Source of the DNA: an uncultured delta proteobacterium
GTDB lineage: Bacteria; Myxococcota_A; Polyangia; Fen-1088
NCBI GenBank assembly: GCA_963767925.1
Contig: CAVYGB010000002.1
Location: 128,001-192,000 of the forward strand
Length of the DNA: 64,000 bases
Reading direction: 5' to 3'
The position numbers were made by a program, and so were the translations under genes. Position 1 is the stretch's first letter. Each line of letters opens with the position of its first letter. Of the stretch, positions 30,676 through 41,085 are shown piece after piece. The notes under the pieces are model-generated. The model worked only from the letters and a program-made list of their open reading frames with translations. It was not told where the DNA came from and made no database searches.

Positions 30676-33600
30676 CTGACCCTGCGAGAAGGGGCCCGGC
30701 CCTCGCCGCCCGAGGGCGGCCCGATCGAACCGGCGGCGCTGTTTCACGGCGGCGGCGAGCTCGGCGAGCGCATGCGTGCGCTCGACTGGGCCAGCACGCC
30801 GCTGGGCCCGGTCGCGCACTGGCCCCAGAGCCTCAAGACCTGCGTGCGGATCATCCTCACCTCCCGCCAGCCGATGTTCGTCTGGTGGGGGGAGCAGCTC
30901 ATCAACCTCTACAACGACGCCTACAAGAGCATCGTCGGCGGCAAACACCCCCTCGCCCTGGGCCAGCCCGCCTCCCAGGTCTGGCGCGAGATCTGGGACC
31001 AGGTCGGCCCGCGGGCCGAGCGGGCCATGCGCGGCAACGAGGGGACCTACGACGAGGCCCTGCTCCTCATCATGGAGCGCCACGGCTACCAGGAGGAGAC
31101 CTACTACACCTTCTCGTACAGCCCGGTCCCCAACGAGCAGGGGGGGACCGGCGGGATCCTCTGCGCCAACACCGACGACACCCGCCGCATCATCGGCGAG
31201 CGCCGGCTGGCGCTGCTGCGCCGGCTCGCCGCCGGCACCGCCGACGCCCGCCGCATCGACGGCGCCTGCTCGGAGGCGGCGCGGGCCCTCGCCACAAACC
31301 CGAAGGACCTCCCCTTCGCCCTCATCTACCTGGTGGGGAGCGAGCCCGAGGCCGCCGTCCTGCGCGGCGCCGCCGGCATCTCCCCCGGCCACCCCGCTGC
31401 CCCCGCCCGCCTCGACCTCGGCGGCGCCAGCCCCTGGCCCCTGATCGAGGTGCTGCGCAGCCAGACTCCGCAGGTGGTCGAGAACCTCGCCGCCCTCCTC
31501 CCCGATCTGCCCCTCGATCCCTGGGCCCGGGCCCCGGCCCGGGCGGTGGCCTGGCCGATGTCGCCTTCGGGCGGCAGCGGGCAAGCGGGCGTGCTGGTGG
31601 TGGGGCTCAACCCCTTCCGCCTCTTCGACGACGACTACCGCAGCTTCGTCTCCCTGGTGGCGGGCCAGATCGCGGCCAGCGTGGCCAACGCCCAGGCCTA
31701 CCAGGAGGAACGGCGCCGGGCCGAGGCCCTGGCCGCGCTCGATCGGGCCAAGACCGCCTTCTTCTCCAACGTGAGCCACGAGTTCCGCACGCCGCTGACC
31801 CTCATCCTCGGCCCCCAGGAGGACGCCCTCGCCTCTCCGGCGGGCGCGCTCGGCGGCGAGAGCCTGAAAACGGTCTACCGCAACACGCTCCGGCTGCTGA
31901 AGCTGGTCAACACCCTGCTCGACTTCTCCCGCATCGAGGCGGGGCGGGCCCAGGCCGCCTACCAGCCGACCGACCTGCCCGCCCTGACCCGCGATCTGGC
32001 GAGCGGGTTCCAGTCGGCGATCGAGCGGGGCGGCGTCCGCTTCGAGGTCGACTGCCCCCCGCTGGCCGAGCCGGTCTTCGTCGACCGGGAGATGTGGGAA
32101 AAGATCGTCCTCAACCTCCTGTCGAACGCCTTCAAGTTCACCCTGAAGGGCCACATCGCCCTCACCCTGCGGGCCGGTCAGGGCCAGGTCGAGCTGGCGG
32201 TCGCCGACACCGGCGCGGGCATCCCCGAACACGAGCTGCCCCGGGTGTTCGAGCGCTTCCACCGCATCGAGGGGGCCCAGGCCCGCACCCACGAGGGGTC
32301 GGGGATCGGGCTGGCCCTGGTGCACGAGCTGGTCGAGCTGCACGGCGGCCGCATCTCGGTGCAGAGCCGGCTGCACGAGGGGAGCACCTTCACCGTGACG
32401 GTCCCGCTGGGGCGCGATCACCTCCCCGCCGAGCGGGTGACAGGCGCCGCCAGCGGCAGCCCCGAGCCGGGCGCGGCCCGGGCCGCCTCCTTCCTGGCCG
32501 AGGCCTTCCGCTGGCCGCCCGAGGTGGTGCCCGAAGCGCTGCCCGCCCCGGACCCGGGCCACGAGCGGGCGGCCCGCCTGCTGGTCGCCGACGACAACCC
32601 CGACATGCGCGACTACCTGGCCCGCCTGCTGCGCCCGCGCTGGCAGGTCGACATGGCCTGCGACGGCGCCGAGGCGCTGGCCCTGGCCCGGCAGCGGCGG
32701 CCCGACCTCATCCTCACCGACGTCATGATGCCGAACCTCGACGGCTTCGGGCTGCTGCGGGCGGTGCGGGCCGACCCGGACATCCGGCACACCGCCATCA
32801 TCATGCTCTCGGCCCGGGCGGGCGAGGAGTCCCGGGTCGAGGGCCTCGACGCCGGCGCCGACGACTACCTGATCAAGCCCTTCTCTGCCCAGGAGCTGCT
32901 GGCCCGGGTGCGCGTCCACCTCGAGCAGGTGCTCACCCGCCAGACCATCGAGCAGCAGGCAACCCAGCTCGCCGAGGCGACCCGGGCCAAGGACGAGTTC
33001 CTGGCCATGCTGGGGCACGAGCTGCGCAACCCCCTCTCCCCCATCTTGACCGCCCTGCAGCTCATGCGCCTGCGGGGCAGCGAGACGCGCGAGCAGGCCG
33101 TGATCGAGCGCCAGGTGGGGCACCTCGTGCGGCTGGTCGACGACCTGCTCGACGTCTCTCGCATCACCCGGGGCAAGATCGAGCTGCGCCGCGAGCGGAT
33201 GGAGCTGATGGCGGCGGTGACGAGCGGGCTGGAGACGGCCCGCCCCTTGCTGGAGCAGCGGCGGCAGCGGCTGGAGCTGGACGTCGCGCCCGAGGGGCTG
33301 GCCATCGAGGGGGATCCCAGCCGCCTGGCCCAGGTGATCTCCAACCTGCTCACCAACGCCTGCAAATACAGCGATCCCGGGTCGACGGTGTACCTGTCGG
33401 CGGCCCGGGAGGGCGACCGCATCGCGCTCACCGTGCGCGACGAGGGCGTGGGCATGCCCCCCGAGACGCTCGACCGGGTGTTCGACCTGTTTTATCAGCA
33501 GCCGCAGTCGCTCGACCGATCCAAGGGTGGGCTGGGGCTGGGGCTGGCCATCGTGCGCAGCCTGGTCGAGCTGCACGGCGGTCGGGTCACCGCCCGCAGC

Positions 33601-34092
33601 GACGGTCCCGGGCGGGGCGCGGTGTTCACCGTCGAGCTGCCCGCCGCCGCCCCCTCGACGGAGGTGCGCAACCCGCCCGCCACCGGGCTGCTGTCCCCCC
33701 GGGAGGACACCTTCGCCGTGCCGGAGCACGCCCGGCGCGTCCTCATCGTCGACGACAACGCCGACGCCGCCGAGGCCCTGTCCGAGCTGCTGACCGACGT
33801 CGGCTACGAGGTGCGCTCGGCCAACGACGCCTTCACCGCCCTGAAGATCGCCGCCAGCTTCGAGCCCAACTACTGCCTCCTCGACATCGGCCTGCCGGTC
33901 ATGGACGGCTACGAGCTGGCCACCCGCCTGCGCCAGTCAGGCCCCGCCCTGGCCGCCGCCCGCATCGTCGCCGTCACCGGCTACGGCCAGGACGCCGACA
34001 GGCAGCGCGCCCTGCAAGCCGGCTTCGACGCCCACGTCGTCAAACCGGTCAGCCTCCCCGCCCTCATCCGCGCCATGTCCAGCGCCTCATAG
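30676..34092 (+). CDS. multi-domain hybrid kinase (PAS/GAF-like, HisKA-HATPase-REC-HisKA-HATPase-REC)
   Basis: LDWASTPLGP, SHEFRTPL, GHELRNPL, two receivers; start uncertain (CTG 30676 or ATG 30772). Confidence 0.9.
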   Translation: MTLREGARPSPPEGGPIEPAALFHGGGELGERMRALDWASTPLGPVAHWPQSLKTCVRIILTSRQPMFVWWGEQLINLYNDAYKSIVGGKHPLALGQPASQVWREIWDQVGPRAERAMRGNEGTYDEALLLIMERHGYQEETYYTFSYSPVPNEQGGTGGILCANTDDTRRIIGERRLALLRRLAAGTADARRIDGACSEAARALATNPKDLPFALIYLVGSEPEAAVLRGAAGISPGHPAAPARLDLGGASPWPLIEVLRSQTPQVVENLAALLPDLPLDPWARAPARAVAWPMSPSGGSGQAGVLVVGLNPFRLFDDDYRSFVSLVAGQIAASVANAQAYQEERRRAEALAALDRAKTAFFSNVSHEFRTPLTLILGPQEDALASPAGALGGESLKTVYRNTLRLLKLVNTLLDFSRIEAGRAQAAYQPTDLPALTRDLASGFQSAIERGGVRFEVDCPPLAEPVFVDREMWEKIVLNLLSNAFKFTLKGHIALTLRAGQGQVELAVADTGAGIPEHELPRVFERFHRIEGAQARTHEGSGIGLALVHELVELHGGRISVQSRLHEGSTFTVTVPLGRDHLPAERVTGAASGSPEPGAARAASFLAEAFRWPPEVVPEALPAPDPGHERAARLLVADDNPDMRDYLARLLRPRWQVDMACDGAEALALARQRRPDLILTDVMMPNLDGFGLLRAVRADPDIRHTAIIMLSARAGEESRVEGLDAGADDYLIKPFSAQELLARVRVHLEQVLTRQTIEQQATQLAEATRAKDEFLAMLGHELRNPLSPILTALQLMRLRGSETREQAVIERQVGHLVRLVDDLLDVSRITRGKIELRRERMELMAAVTSGLETARPLLEQRRQRLELDVAPEGLAIEGDPSRLAQVISNLLTNACKYSDPGSTVYLSAAREGDRIALTVRDEGVGMPPETLDRVFDLFYQQPQSLDRSKGGLGLGLAIVRSLVELHGGRVTARSDGPGRGAVFTVELPAAAPSTEVRNPPATGLLSPREDTFAVPEHARRVLIVDDNADAAEALSELLTDVGYEVRSANDAFTALKIAASFEPNYCLLDIGLPVMDGYELATRLRQSGPALAAARIVAVTGYGQDADRQRALQAGFDAHVVKPVSLPALIRAMSSAS

Positions 34093-34116
34093 AGCACCGA
34101 GCGGTGTGAACCGCGG

Positions 34117-34298
34117 GCCCGCCAGACCCCTCACCCCTCCCCCGCCGCCGCGGGGCGAGGGCGAACAGGCAACAGGGAGCGGAATCTCGAGGAGCTGACC
34201 ACGCGGCCCGCCTGGAAGCTGATCGAGGCAACTCCCCCGGTTGTTCGCCCTCGCCCCGCGGCAGCGGGGAGAGGGCGGGGGTGAGGGGTCCGGCGGGC
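34117..34298. mobile_element. REPIN/MITE-like element: two inverted boxC-like repeats around a spacer of about 75 bp
   Basis: 34117-34167 matches the reverse complement of 34242-34298 apart from a few substitutions and a short deletion; lies between convergent genes. Confidence 0.7.
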
Positions 34299-34299
34299 G

Positions 34300-35658
34300 C
34301 TAGAACCCCTGCATGCGGGTGTAGACGTGCGTGGCGAGCACGAACACCACATCGATCGCCGCGACCGCCATCAGGTCGGCAAACCGAAAGCGCACCTGCA
34401 ACCGCGGATCGTGCCGGGTGGTCGCCGAATACAGCGCCCCCACCAGCCCGAGCAGCACCCACAACACGTAGTGATCGGTGAGCGACAGAAAAAGCGCCGA
34501 GGTGGTGAACCCCGCCAGGCAAGCCAGCAGGGCGGTGGCCCAGATCTGCGCCACCTTGGCCTCGGGCGCGCGCTCCGAGCGCAAGATGGTGAGGGTCATC
34601 TTGAAGGCGAGGTAGATCATCGCCGTCCAGAACAGCAGCCCCGGCACCCCGGTCTCACCGAGGGCCAGCATGATCGAGCTGTGGGCGGTCAGCGGCTGGT
34701 GCTCGGCGAACTGGGACATGCCCACCCCCACCAGGGGGTTGTCGCGCGCCATCTGGATGGCCGCCGCCCAGAGCTCGAGCCGCAGGTCGCTCGACTCGTC
34801 GGCCTCGGCGCCGCTGCGGCCGCCCAGCAGCAGGATCGGGATCCCGGCCAGCAAGCCCAGCAGCAGCCCGCCCCGCCCCATCCGGCGCAGCAGGTACACT
34901 CCCAGCACGGCCACGAAGGCGAGCTGCCCGCTGCGCGACTTGGTGAAGATGTCGGTCGCCGCCACAACCAGCAGGGTGAGGGCGGCCAGCAGCAGGCGGG
35001 GCGCCGTCTGTCGCAGCTCGAACAGGGCGAAGGCGAAGGCCACCGTCATGCTGCCCACCAGGGCCAGCTCGTTGGGGTCCTGCATGATGCCCCGGTAGCG
35101 CACGCGTTTGTCGATCGAGGTGGTGCCCAGAAGACCCACGTGCTCGCACAGCAGGTCGTCCCGGTCGTGTTCGGCACGACACTGCTCGCTGGTCTCGCAG
35201 GCGGCGCCGATCGGGACCATCGCCTCCGAGATCTCCTCGTGAGGGTGCACGCAGCCGAGCGGGGCGAAGGCCTGGTGCAGCCCGATGAACACGATGAACA
35301 GCGACACGACAAGCATGCCCAGGCCCACCGAGGCCAGGCCCCGGAACGACTGCACCCCCTGCGAGAGCACGAGGAAAATCAGCAGCGACACCGTGAGGAC
35401 GATGCCCTCGGGCTGCAGAGCGTGGCGGGCCTGCACCGCCATGCTGACGATGTTCCAGGCCAGGTGGGCCGCTATCCAGGGCAGGAGCGGGTTGCGACGA
35501 GCCCGGGCGTAGCCGAGCCGAAAATCCAGAGCAACCCCCACCAGCGCGAGGAGCACGAGGATGTAGAGGAGAGGGACGCGCGAGAGCGGAAGAAAGATCT
35601 CCTGCGGGCGGATGTAGACAAAAAACAGGAGCGCCAGGATGGCCGGTGTGGCGAACAT
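34300..35658 (-). CDS. O-antigen ligase / Wzy-like polymerase
   Basis: Many TMs; GIMQDPNELA, TKSRSG, NPLVGVG, TAHSS. Confidence 0.88.
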   Translation of the reverse strand: MFATPAILALLFFVYIRPQEIFLPLSRVPLLYILVLLALVGVALDFRLGYARARRNPLLPWIAAHLAWNIVSMAVQARHALQPEGIVLTVSLLIFLVLSQGVQSFRGLASVGLGMLVVSLFIVFIGLHQAFAPLGCVHPHEEISEAMVPIGAACETSEQCRAEHDRDDLLCEHVGLLGTTSIDKRVRYRGIMQDPNELALVGSMTVAFAFALFELRQTAPRLLLAALTLLVVAATDIFTKSRSGQLAFVAVLGVYLLRRMGRGGLLLGLLAGIPILLLGGRSGAEADESSDLRLELWAAAIQMARDNPLVGVGMSQFAEHQPLTAHSSIMLALGETGVPGLLFWTAMIYLAFKMTLTILRSERAPEAKVAQIWATALLACLAGFTTSALFLSLTDHYVLWVLLGLVGALYSATTRHDPRLQVRFRFADLMAVAAIDVVFVLATHVYTRMQGF

Positions 35659-35685
35659 TTCAAAAGAAACGTATCGTAGAGGCTG

Positions 35686-36330
35686 ATGCCTATCCGAGCG
35701 CCCTTCTCCGCGCAGGTGTTGCTGTCTCTGCAGCTCGCACTCGGCGTTGCTGGTGGCGTTGCCGCCTCGATCTCTGGCTGTGCAACGCCAAGCCTGATTT
35801 ACGACTATAGCAGGGAACCCGATCCACGCGCCCAGGAGTTTCCCGTGGGTCCCGGGGATCGCCTGCGGGTCAGCGTGTGGCGCGACGAGGAGCTGACCAC
35901 CGAGGTGCGCGTGCGCCCCGACGGCGCCTTCACCGTGCCCCTGGTGGGCGACATCCGCGCCGCCGGCCGGACCGCCTCCCAGATCCGCGACGAGATCCAG
36001 TCCAAGCTGACCGCCTTCATGAAGAGCGAGACGGCCAAGGTGACGGTCATCGTCGCCGAGGTGGCCAGCTACTACTTCACCGTCAGCGGCAACGTGGAGA
36101 AGCCTGGCATCTACCGTCCGGCCAGCTACGTGACGGTGCTGGAGGCGCTGGCCATCGCCGGCGAGCCCAACCGCTACGCCGACCTCGATGACCTGAAGAT
36201 CCTGCGGCGCGACCCCATGGGGGGTGGCCTGCTCAAGCGCATCCCCATCAACTACAACCTCCTGCGCCGGGGCGAGCGGATGGACCAGAACGTGGTCATC
36301 CTCGCGGGCGACAACATCATCGTCCCCTGA
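35686..36330 (+). CDS. polysaccharide export protein (short Wza/OPX)
   Basis: Lipobox ISGC; GPGD.L, VRPDGAFTVPLVGDI.AAG.T, VSGNVEKPG. Confidence 0.9.
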   Translation: MPIRAPFSAQVLLSLQLALGVAGGVAASISGCATPSLIYDYSREPDPRAQEFPVGPGDRLRVSVWRDEELTTEVRVRPDGAFTVPLVGDIRAAGRTASQIRDEIQSKLTAFMKSETAKVTVIVAEVASYYFTVSGNVEKPGIYRPASYVTVLEALAIAGEPNRYADLDDLKILRRDPMGGGLLKRIPINYNLLRRGERMDQNVVILAGDNIIVP

Positions 36331-36338
36331 GGACGGCG

Positions 36339-37529
36339 GTGGCGGAGCGCGGGGCGGCGGCGGACAGCAACGGGGGCGGGGCGGTCACCCCCGCGATCCC
36401 CCCGCCGGTGGCGACCGGCGGGCGGCCGGCGGCGGCGCCGATCCCGGTCATGCACGTGCTCAACACCTTGCAGACCGGGGGGGCGGAGTACCTGGTGCTC
36501 AACCTGGCCCGGGCCCTCGATCGGCGGCGCTTCCCGATGTCCGTGTGCAGCCTGCAGGGGGACGGCGAGATCGGGACCGAGCTGCGCGCCCTGGGGGTGC
36601 CGACCTTCGTGCTCGAGCGGCGCGAGGGGGTCGATCCCTTCCTGGTCCCCTCGCTGGTGGGGCTGATCCGGCGGCACGGGGTGCGCATCGTGCACACCCA
36701 CAACGTGGCCCCCTGGCTGTACGCCGGCATCGCCGCCCGCCTGACCGGCGCGGCGGTCTGCCACACCGAACACTCCAGCCTGTTTCCCGAGCAGCGCGCG
36801 CTCAAGAAGGCCGAGTGGGTGCTGGGCCACCTCAGCAAGGCGGTGATCTGTGACGGCGAGGACGTGCGCCGGCAGCTCGTCCAGGAGCAGGGGCTGTCTC
36901 CGCGCAACGTCGTCACGGTGTACAACGGCGTGGACACGCCGCTGTACGCCCGTCCCGTCGATCGGGCGGCCGGCCGCCGGGCGCTGGGGATCGAGGGCGA
37001 CGCGCCGGTGGTGGGCACGGTGGCCCGGCTCGAGCCGGTCAAGGATCAGGCGACGCTGCTGCAGGCCTTCGCCCAGGTGGCGGCCCGCCTGCCCCCCGCC
37101 CGCCTGGTGATCGTGGGCGACGGCTCGCAGCGGGGGCTGCTCGAGCAGCAGGCCCAGGCGCCGGCCCTGGCCGGGCGGGTGCACTTCCTCGGCCGCCGGG
37201 CCGACGTGGCCAGCGTGTTGCCCCTGCTCGACGTCTTCGTGCTCTCCTCGCTGAGCGAGGGCCTGCCCCTGACCATCCTCGAGGCGATGGCCGCCGCCCT
37301 GCCCTGCGTCTCCACCGCGGTAGGCGCCGTCCCCGAGGCGATCCTCGAGGGCCAGACCGGCCGCCTGGTGCCGGTGAAAGACCCCACCCGCCTGGCCGCC
37401 GCCATCGGCGACCTCCTCGCCGACCTCCCCCTGTCCCGCCGCCTGGGCCAGGCCGGCCAGCAGCGCGCCCGCGCCCTCTTCGACCTGGCGGCGATGACCC
37501 GCCGCTACGAAGACCTGTACGCCGCCTGA
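36339..37529 (+). CDS. glycosyltransferase family 4
   Basis: GGAE, YNGVD, VARL.PVK, SEGLPLTILEAMA. Confidence 0.92.
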   Translation: MAERGAAADSNGGGAVTPAIPPPVATGGRPAAAPIPVMHVLNTLQTGGAEYLVLNLARALDRRRFPMSVCSLQGDGEIGTELRALGVPTFVLERREGVDPFLVPSLVGLIRRHGVRIVHTHNVAPWLYAGIAARLTGAAVCHTEHSSLFPEQRALKKAEWVLGHLSKAVICDGEDVRRQLVQEQGLSPRNVVTVYNGVDTPLYARPVDRAAGRRALGIEGDAPVVGTVARLEPVKDQATLLQAFAQVAARLPPARLVIVGDGSQRGLLEQQAQAPALAGRVHFLGRRADVASVLPLLDVFVLSSLSEGLPLTILEAMAAALPCVSTAVGAVPEAILEGQTGRLVPVKDPTRLAAAIGDLLADLPLSRRLGQAGQQRARALFDLAAMTRRYEDLYAA

Positions 37530-37552
37530 GCGCCCTTGCGCCCGGGGTGGTG

Positions 37553-39019
37553 TCAGGCGGCGCGGATGCTGCCGCTGCCGGCGGCGGGGGTCTGGTTGAT
37601 CTCGGTAAGGACGCGGCCGGGGAGAGTCCGCGGCACCGGGACGTCGAGCAGGCCCAGCATGGTGGGCAGCAGATCGAGGGGGGAGATGCTGGAGAGCTCC
37701 TGGCCCTGGCGGATGCCGGGGCCGTGGAAGATCACCATGCCCTTCGGATCGTGCATCCCCTCCTTGGGGGTGGGGGCGTCGGAGGCGAACAGCTCGTCGA
37801 GGCCGTAGCCCTCCGGCCTGGCGGCGGCGGCGCCGGGGAAGGTGTAGCGGGCGGAGGCGCCCTGGGGGCCGAGCGCCCGCGGGGTGAGGGTGAGGATGTC
37901 GCCCGTCTCCTCGACGTGGATGGCGTCCGGGTAGATGCCGCCCTGGCAGCGGGCCGCCCGCAGCAGATCGCGCACACGCGTCCGCTCCGCCCCCTCGGGG
38001 ATGGTGACGTTGTACTGGGGCAACATGGTGGGCACCACCTCGGTCACCCCCTTGGCCCCCAGGATCGCCAGGATCTGGCGGAGGTCCTTGAAGCGGATGG
38101 CGATCTTGCCCTCGGGGTAAAGATCGCTCGCGTAAGGCTGCTGCCCCATGCTCGAGGCCAGCACGATCACCGTGTCCTGGTCGACCAGGCGCATGAAGCG
38201 CCCGAGCAGCTCGTCGCACAGGTCGTAGCCGTACTCCACCGCCTCGCCGTATTTGACCTTCTCCTCGGGGGTGGAGGGCACGCTGAACTTCGAGTCGTCC
38301 ATGGCCCGCCAGTAGTGGTGCATGTAATGGGCGGCGTGGTTGGTGTGCCAGGTGGCGAAGTCCGGTCGATAACGGCGGTAGACAGTGGCGAACACGTCGT
38401 AGTTGATCAGGGGCTGCAGGGCGACCCGCTTCCAGCGCAGGTGGGGGCGGACCCGCTCGATCGCGAGCTGCTGGACGATCCGCCCCGCGGAGGCCGCGCT
38501 GAGCCCCAGGCGGAACACGTCGAACGCCTCCTTGGCCATGGCGCCCGCCCCGCTTTCCTGCATGATGTGGTTGTGCACCTGGGTGTAGCGGCGATTGAGC
38601 TCCTGCACGGGGCGCAGGTAGTCGGGGTAGGTCTCCGAGCCCGGGGCGAAGGGGCCCGGCACCATGAAGCCGGGCACCGGCCGCGGCGGATAGGCGCTGA
38701 TGCTGCCGAACACGCCGACCGACTTGCCCGCCTCGATCACGTAGTCCCAGCTCCGCCTGGCCTTGATGGTGCTGGCCTCCTGCTCGAGCACGGTGGCCCC
38801 ATGTACGCTCCTGTCGACGCCGGTGTGCACGGTGACCCAGGTGATCCAGGGATCGAGGTGGGGCGGCCGCTCGAGCGCGACCGGCGAGCCCCAGGTCCCC
38901 TCCCGGCGCAGGCGCGCGAGGTTCTGCAGGCGTCCGCGCGCGATCATCGGATCGATGATCGACCAGGTGATCTCGTTGAACTCCAGCAGCAGTACCTTGC
39001 GCCCGCGTTTTGACATCAT
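37553..39019 (-). CDS. alkaline phosphatase / nucleotide phosphodiesterase superfamily protein
   Basis: LLLEFNE, PWITWVTVHTG, EGMHDPKG, DLLPTML. Confidence 0.75.
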   Translation of the reverse strand: MMSKRGRKVLLLEFNEITWSIIDPMIARGRLQNLARLRREGTWGSPVALERPPHLDPWITWVTVHTGVDRSVHGATVLEQEASTIKARRSWDYVIEAGKSVGVFGSISAYPPRPVPGFMVPGPFAPGSETYPDYLRPVQELNRRYTQVHNHIMQESGAGAMAKEAFDVFRLGLSAASAGRIVQQLAIERVRPHLRWKRVALQPLINYDVFATVYRRYRPDFATWHTNHAAHYMHHYWRAMDDSKFSVPSTPEEKVKYGEAVEYGYDLCDELLGRFMRLVDQDTVIVLASSMGQQPYASDLYPEGKIAIRFKDLRQILAILGAKGVTEVVPTMLPQYNVTIPEGAERTRVRDLLRAARCQGGIYPDAIHVEETGDILTLTPRALGPQGASARYTFPGAAAARPEGYGLDELFASDAPTPKEGMHDPKGMVIFHGPGIRQGQELSSISPLDLLPTMLGLLDVPVPRTLPGRVLTEINQTPAAGSGSIRAA

Positions 39020-39052
39020 GGAAACTCTATCCGATATCGGGAGCTGCGCGGA

Positions 39053-40357
39053 ATGACTGGACCTGGGCTGGCCAACGGATCGGGTGGAACTTCTCTCCTT
39101 CGGGACGGCGCCGATAGGGCCGGTCCGCAAGCCCCCACGGCGACGAGCGTCAAGGGGGCGGGCGATCCGCAAAAGCCGCAGCGGCTTCGCGTGCTTGCCC
39201 TCACCAAGATCTTCCCCAACCCGCGCCAGCCCCTCGGCGCCGCCTTCAACCGGCAGCAGTTCGCCGCCCTGGCGCGACGGGCCGACCTGCAGGTGGTGGT
39301 GCCGGTGCAGTGGTTCCCCGGAGCCGCGCGCTTCGGCGATCGCACCGAGGCCGGCAAGCTGGCCCGCGTCCCCGCCTACGACTGGGTCGACGGGATGTTC
39401 GTGCGCTACCCGCGCGTGTTCCACGTCCCGCGCGTCGACTACCCGGCGGCGGCGGGCCTGTACCTGGCGTCCCTCTTCCCGCTCGTGCGGCGCCTGTGCC
39501 GGGACGTCGACGTCGTGCTCGGCTCGTTCATCTACCCCGACGGGATAGCCGCCGCCTGGATGGCCCGCCTGCTCGGCCTCCCCTCGGTGGTCTACGCCCT
39601 CGGCTCGGACGTCAACGTGGTGCCAGACATCGCCGGCGTGCCCGCCCAGCTCCGCTGGACCCTGCCCCGGGTGAACCGGGTGGTGGCAGTCAGCCGCGAT
39701 CTGGCCGCCCGCACCGTCGCCCTCGGCGCGCCCGCCGACAAGGTCGTCGTGATCCCCAACGGCGTCGATCGGACGATCTTCTTTCCCCAGGACCGGGCCA
39801 CCGCCCGGCGCGAGCTGGGACTGCCCGAGGACGGCCGCCTCGTGCTGTTCGTCGGCCGCCTCGAGCCGATCAAAGGAATCGACGAGCTGCTGCCCGCCTT
39901 CACCAAGCTGGCCGCCGCCGACCCGACCGTGCGCCTGGCCCTGATCGGCGACGGCGCCCTGCGCGCGCGCTGCGATCGCGCCGCCGCCGATCTACCCGGT
40001 CGGATCCTCGTGCCGGGTGGCCGGCCCCTCCCGGAGGTCGCCCGCTGGCTGGCCGCCGCCGACCTCCTGGTCCTGCCGAGCTGGAACGAGGGCACCCCCA
40101 ACGTGATCCTCGAAGCCCTCGCCGCCGGTCGCCCGGTCGTCGCCTCCCGGACCGGCGGCATCCCCGATCTGATCACCGCCCCCGAGCTGGGCACCCTCTC
40201 CCCCCCGCGCGACGCCACCGCCCTCGCCGTCGCCCTCCGCGAAGTCCTCGACCGCCCCTCCGACCCCACCACCATCTCCGCCCGCGGCACCGTGAGCTGG
40301 CAAGAGAGCGCCGACCAGCTCCTGGAAGTCCTCCACTCCGCCACCCGCGACCGCTAG
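39053..40357 (+). CDS. glycosyltransferase family 4 (TuaC-like)
   Basis: YPDG, GSDVN, PNGVD, NEGTPNVILEALA; start uncertain. Confidence 0.9.
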   Translation: MTGPGLANGSGGTSLLRDGADRAGPQAPTATSVKGAGDPQKPQRLRVLALTKIFPNPRQPLGAAFNRQQFAALARRADLQVVVPVQWFPGAARFGDRTEAGKLARVPAYDWVDGMFVRYPRVFHVPRVDYPAAAGLYLASLFPLVRRLCRDVDVVLGSFIYPDGIAAAWMARLLGLPSVVYALGSDVNVVPDIAGVPAQLRWTLPRVNRVVAVSRDLAARTVALGAPADKVVVIPNGVDRTIFFPQDRATARRELGLPEDGRLVLFVGRLEPIKGIDELLPAFTKLAAADPTVRLALIGDGALRARCDRAAADLPGRILVPGGRPLPEVARWLAAADLLVLPSWNEGTPNVILEALAAGRPVVASRTGGIPDLITAPELGTLSPPRDATALAVALREVLDRPSDPTTISARGTVSWQESADQLLEVLHSATRDR

Positions 40358-40479
40358 CGAACGGGCCGTCACCCCGTCACCCCTGGCAACGGGGGCGACG
40401 TATCAGGAGCGGCCACCACCCCGGCGTCACCCGCCGACACCTCCGCCCGTCTTGGGGTGTCGGCCCGCCCTGGGCGTAG

Positions 40480-41085
40480 TGTGCTCAGGGAGGCTGAGCG
40501 CGTCGCCGACCTGGCCCGCACCCAGCTCGGGCTCGGTCCCACTCTCCCGGCGGTGCAGTTGCGCGCGCTCATGGAGGAGCGCCTGGCCATCAAGACCTTC
40601 GTCCTCGCCGCGGAGTCGCCGCTCTCTGGAGCGTGCATCTTCCACGAGGAGGTCGGCGGCTGCGTGCTCGTCATCGCGAAGACGATGCCCCATATGCTCT
40701 ACACGCTCGCGCACGAGCTCGGTCACCTGCTCGCCCATCGCGATACGCCGACCGTGGACGAGGACCTGTTCGGCCTGAAGACACCAAAGGAGCACGCGAG
40801 CAGCTCGGCTCGGCTCGGCCGAGCGGGAGGACCGGCCGGGTCTCCCGCGTGGAGGACAAGCCGCGCTACTGGTACCCGTTGCCCGAGCGCTACGTCTTCC
40901 TCGCTCTGGGTGCGTACTACCGCGAGGAGATCAGCATCGGGCGGCTCGCGGAGCTGCTCTGCAAGGAGGACGGGGAGGCGCGTTCCCTCGAGGAGACGGA
41001 GGAGTTTCTCTCGGCCTACGAGGGACAGGCCCAGAGCAGCGACGATCCATCGGCAGATGCCGGCCAGGAGGACGACGCCTTCTAG
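40480..41085 (+). pseudogene. decayed ImmA/IrrE metallopeptidase gene (N-terminus missing, frame break near 40800)
   Basis: YTLAHELGHLL (HExxH) in one frame; typical tail LPERYVFLALGAYYREEISIGRLAELL in another. Confidence 0.75.
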
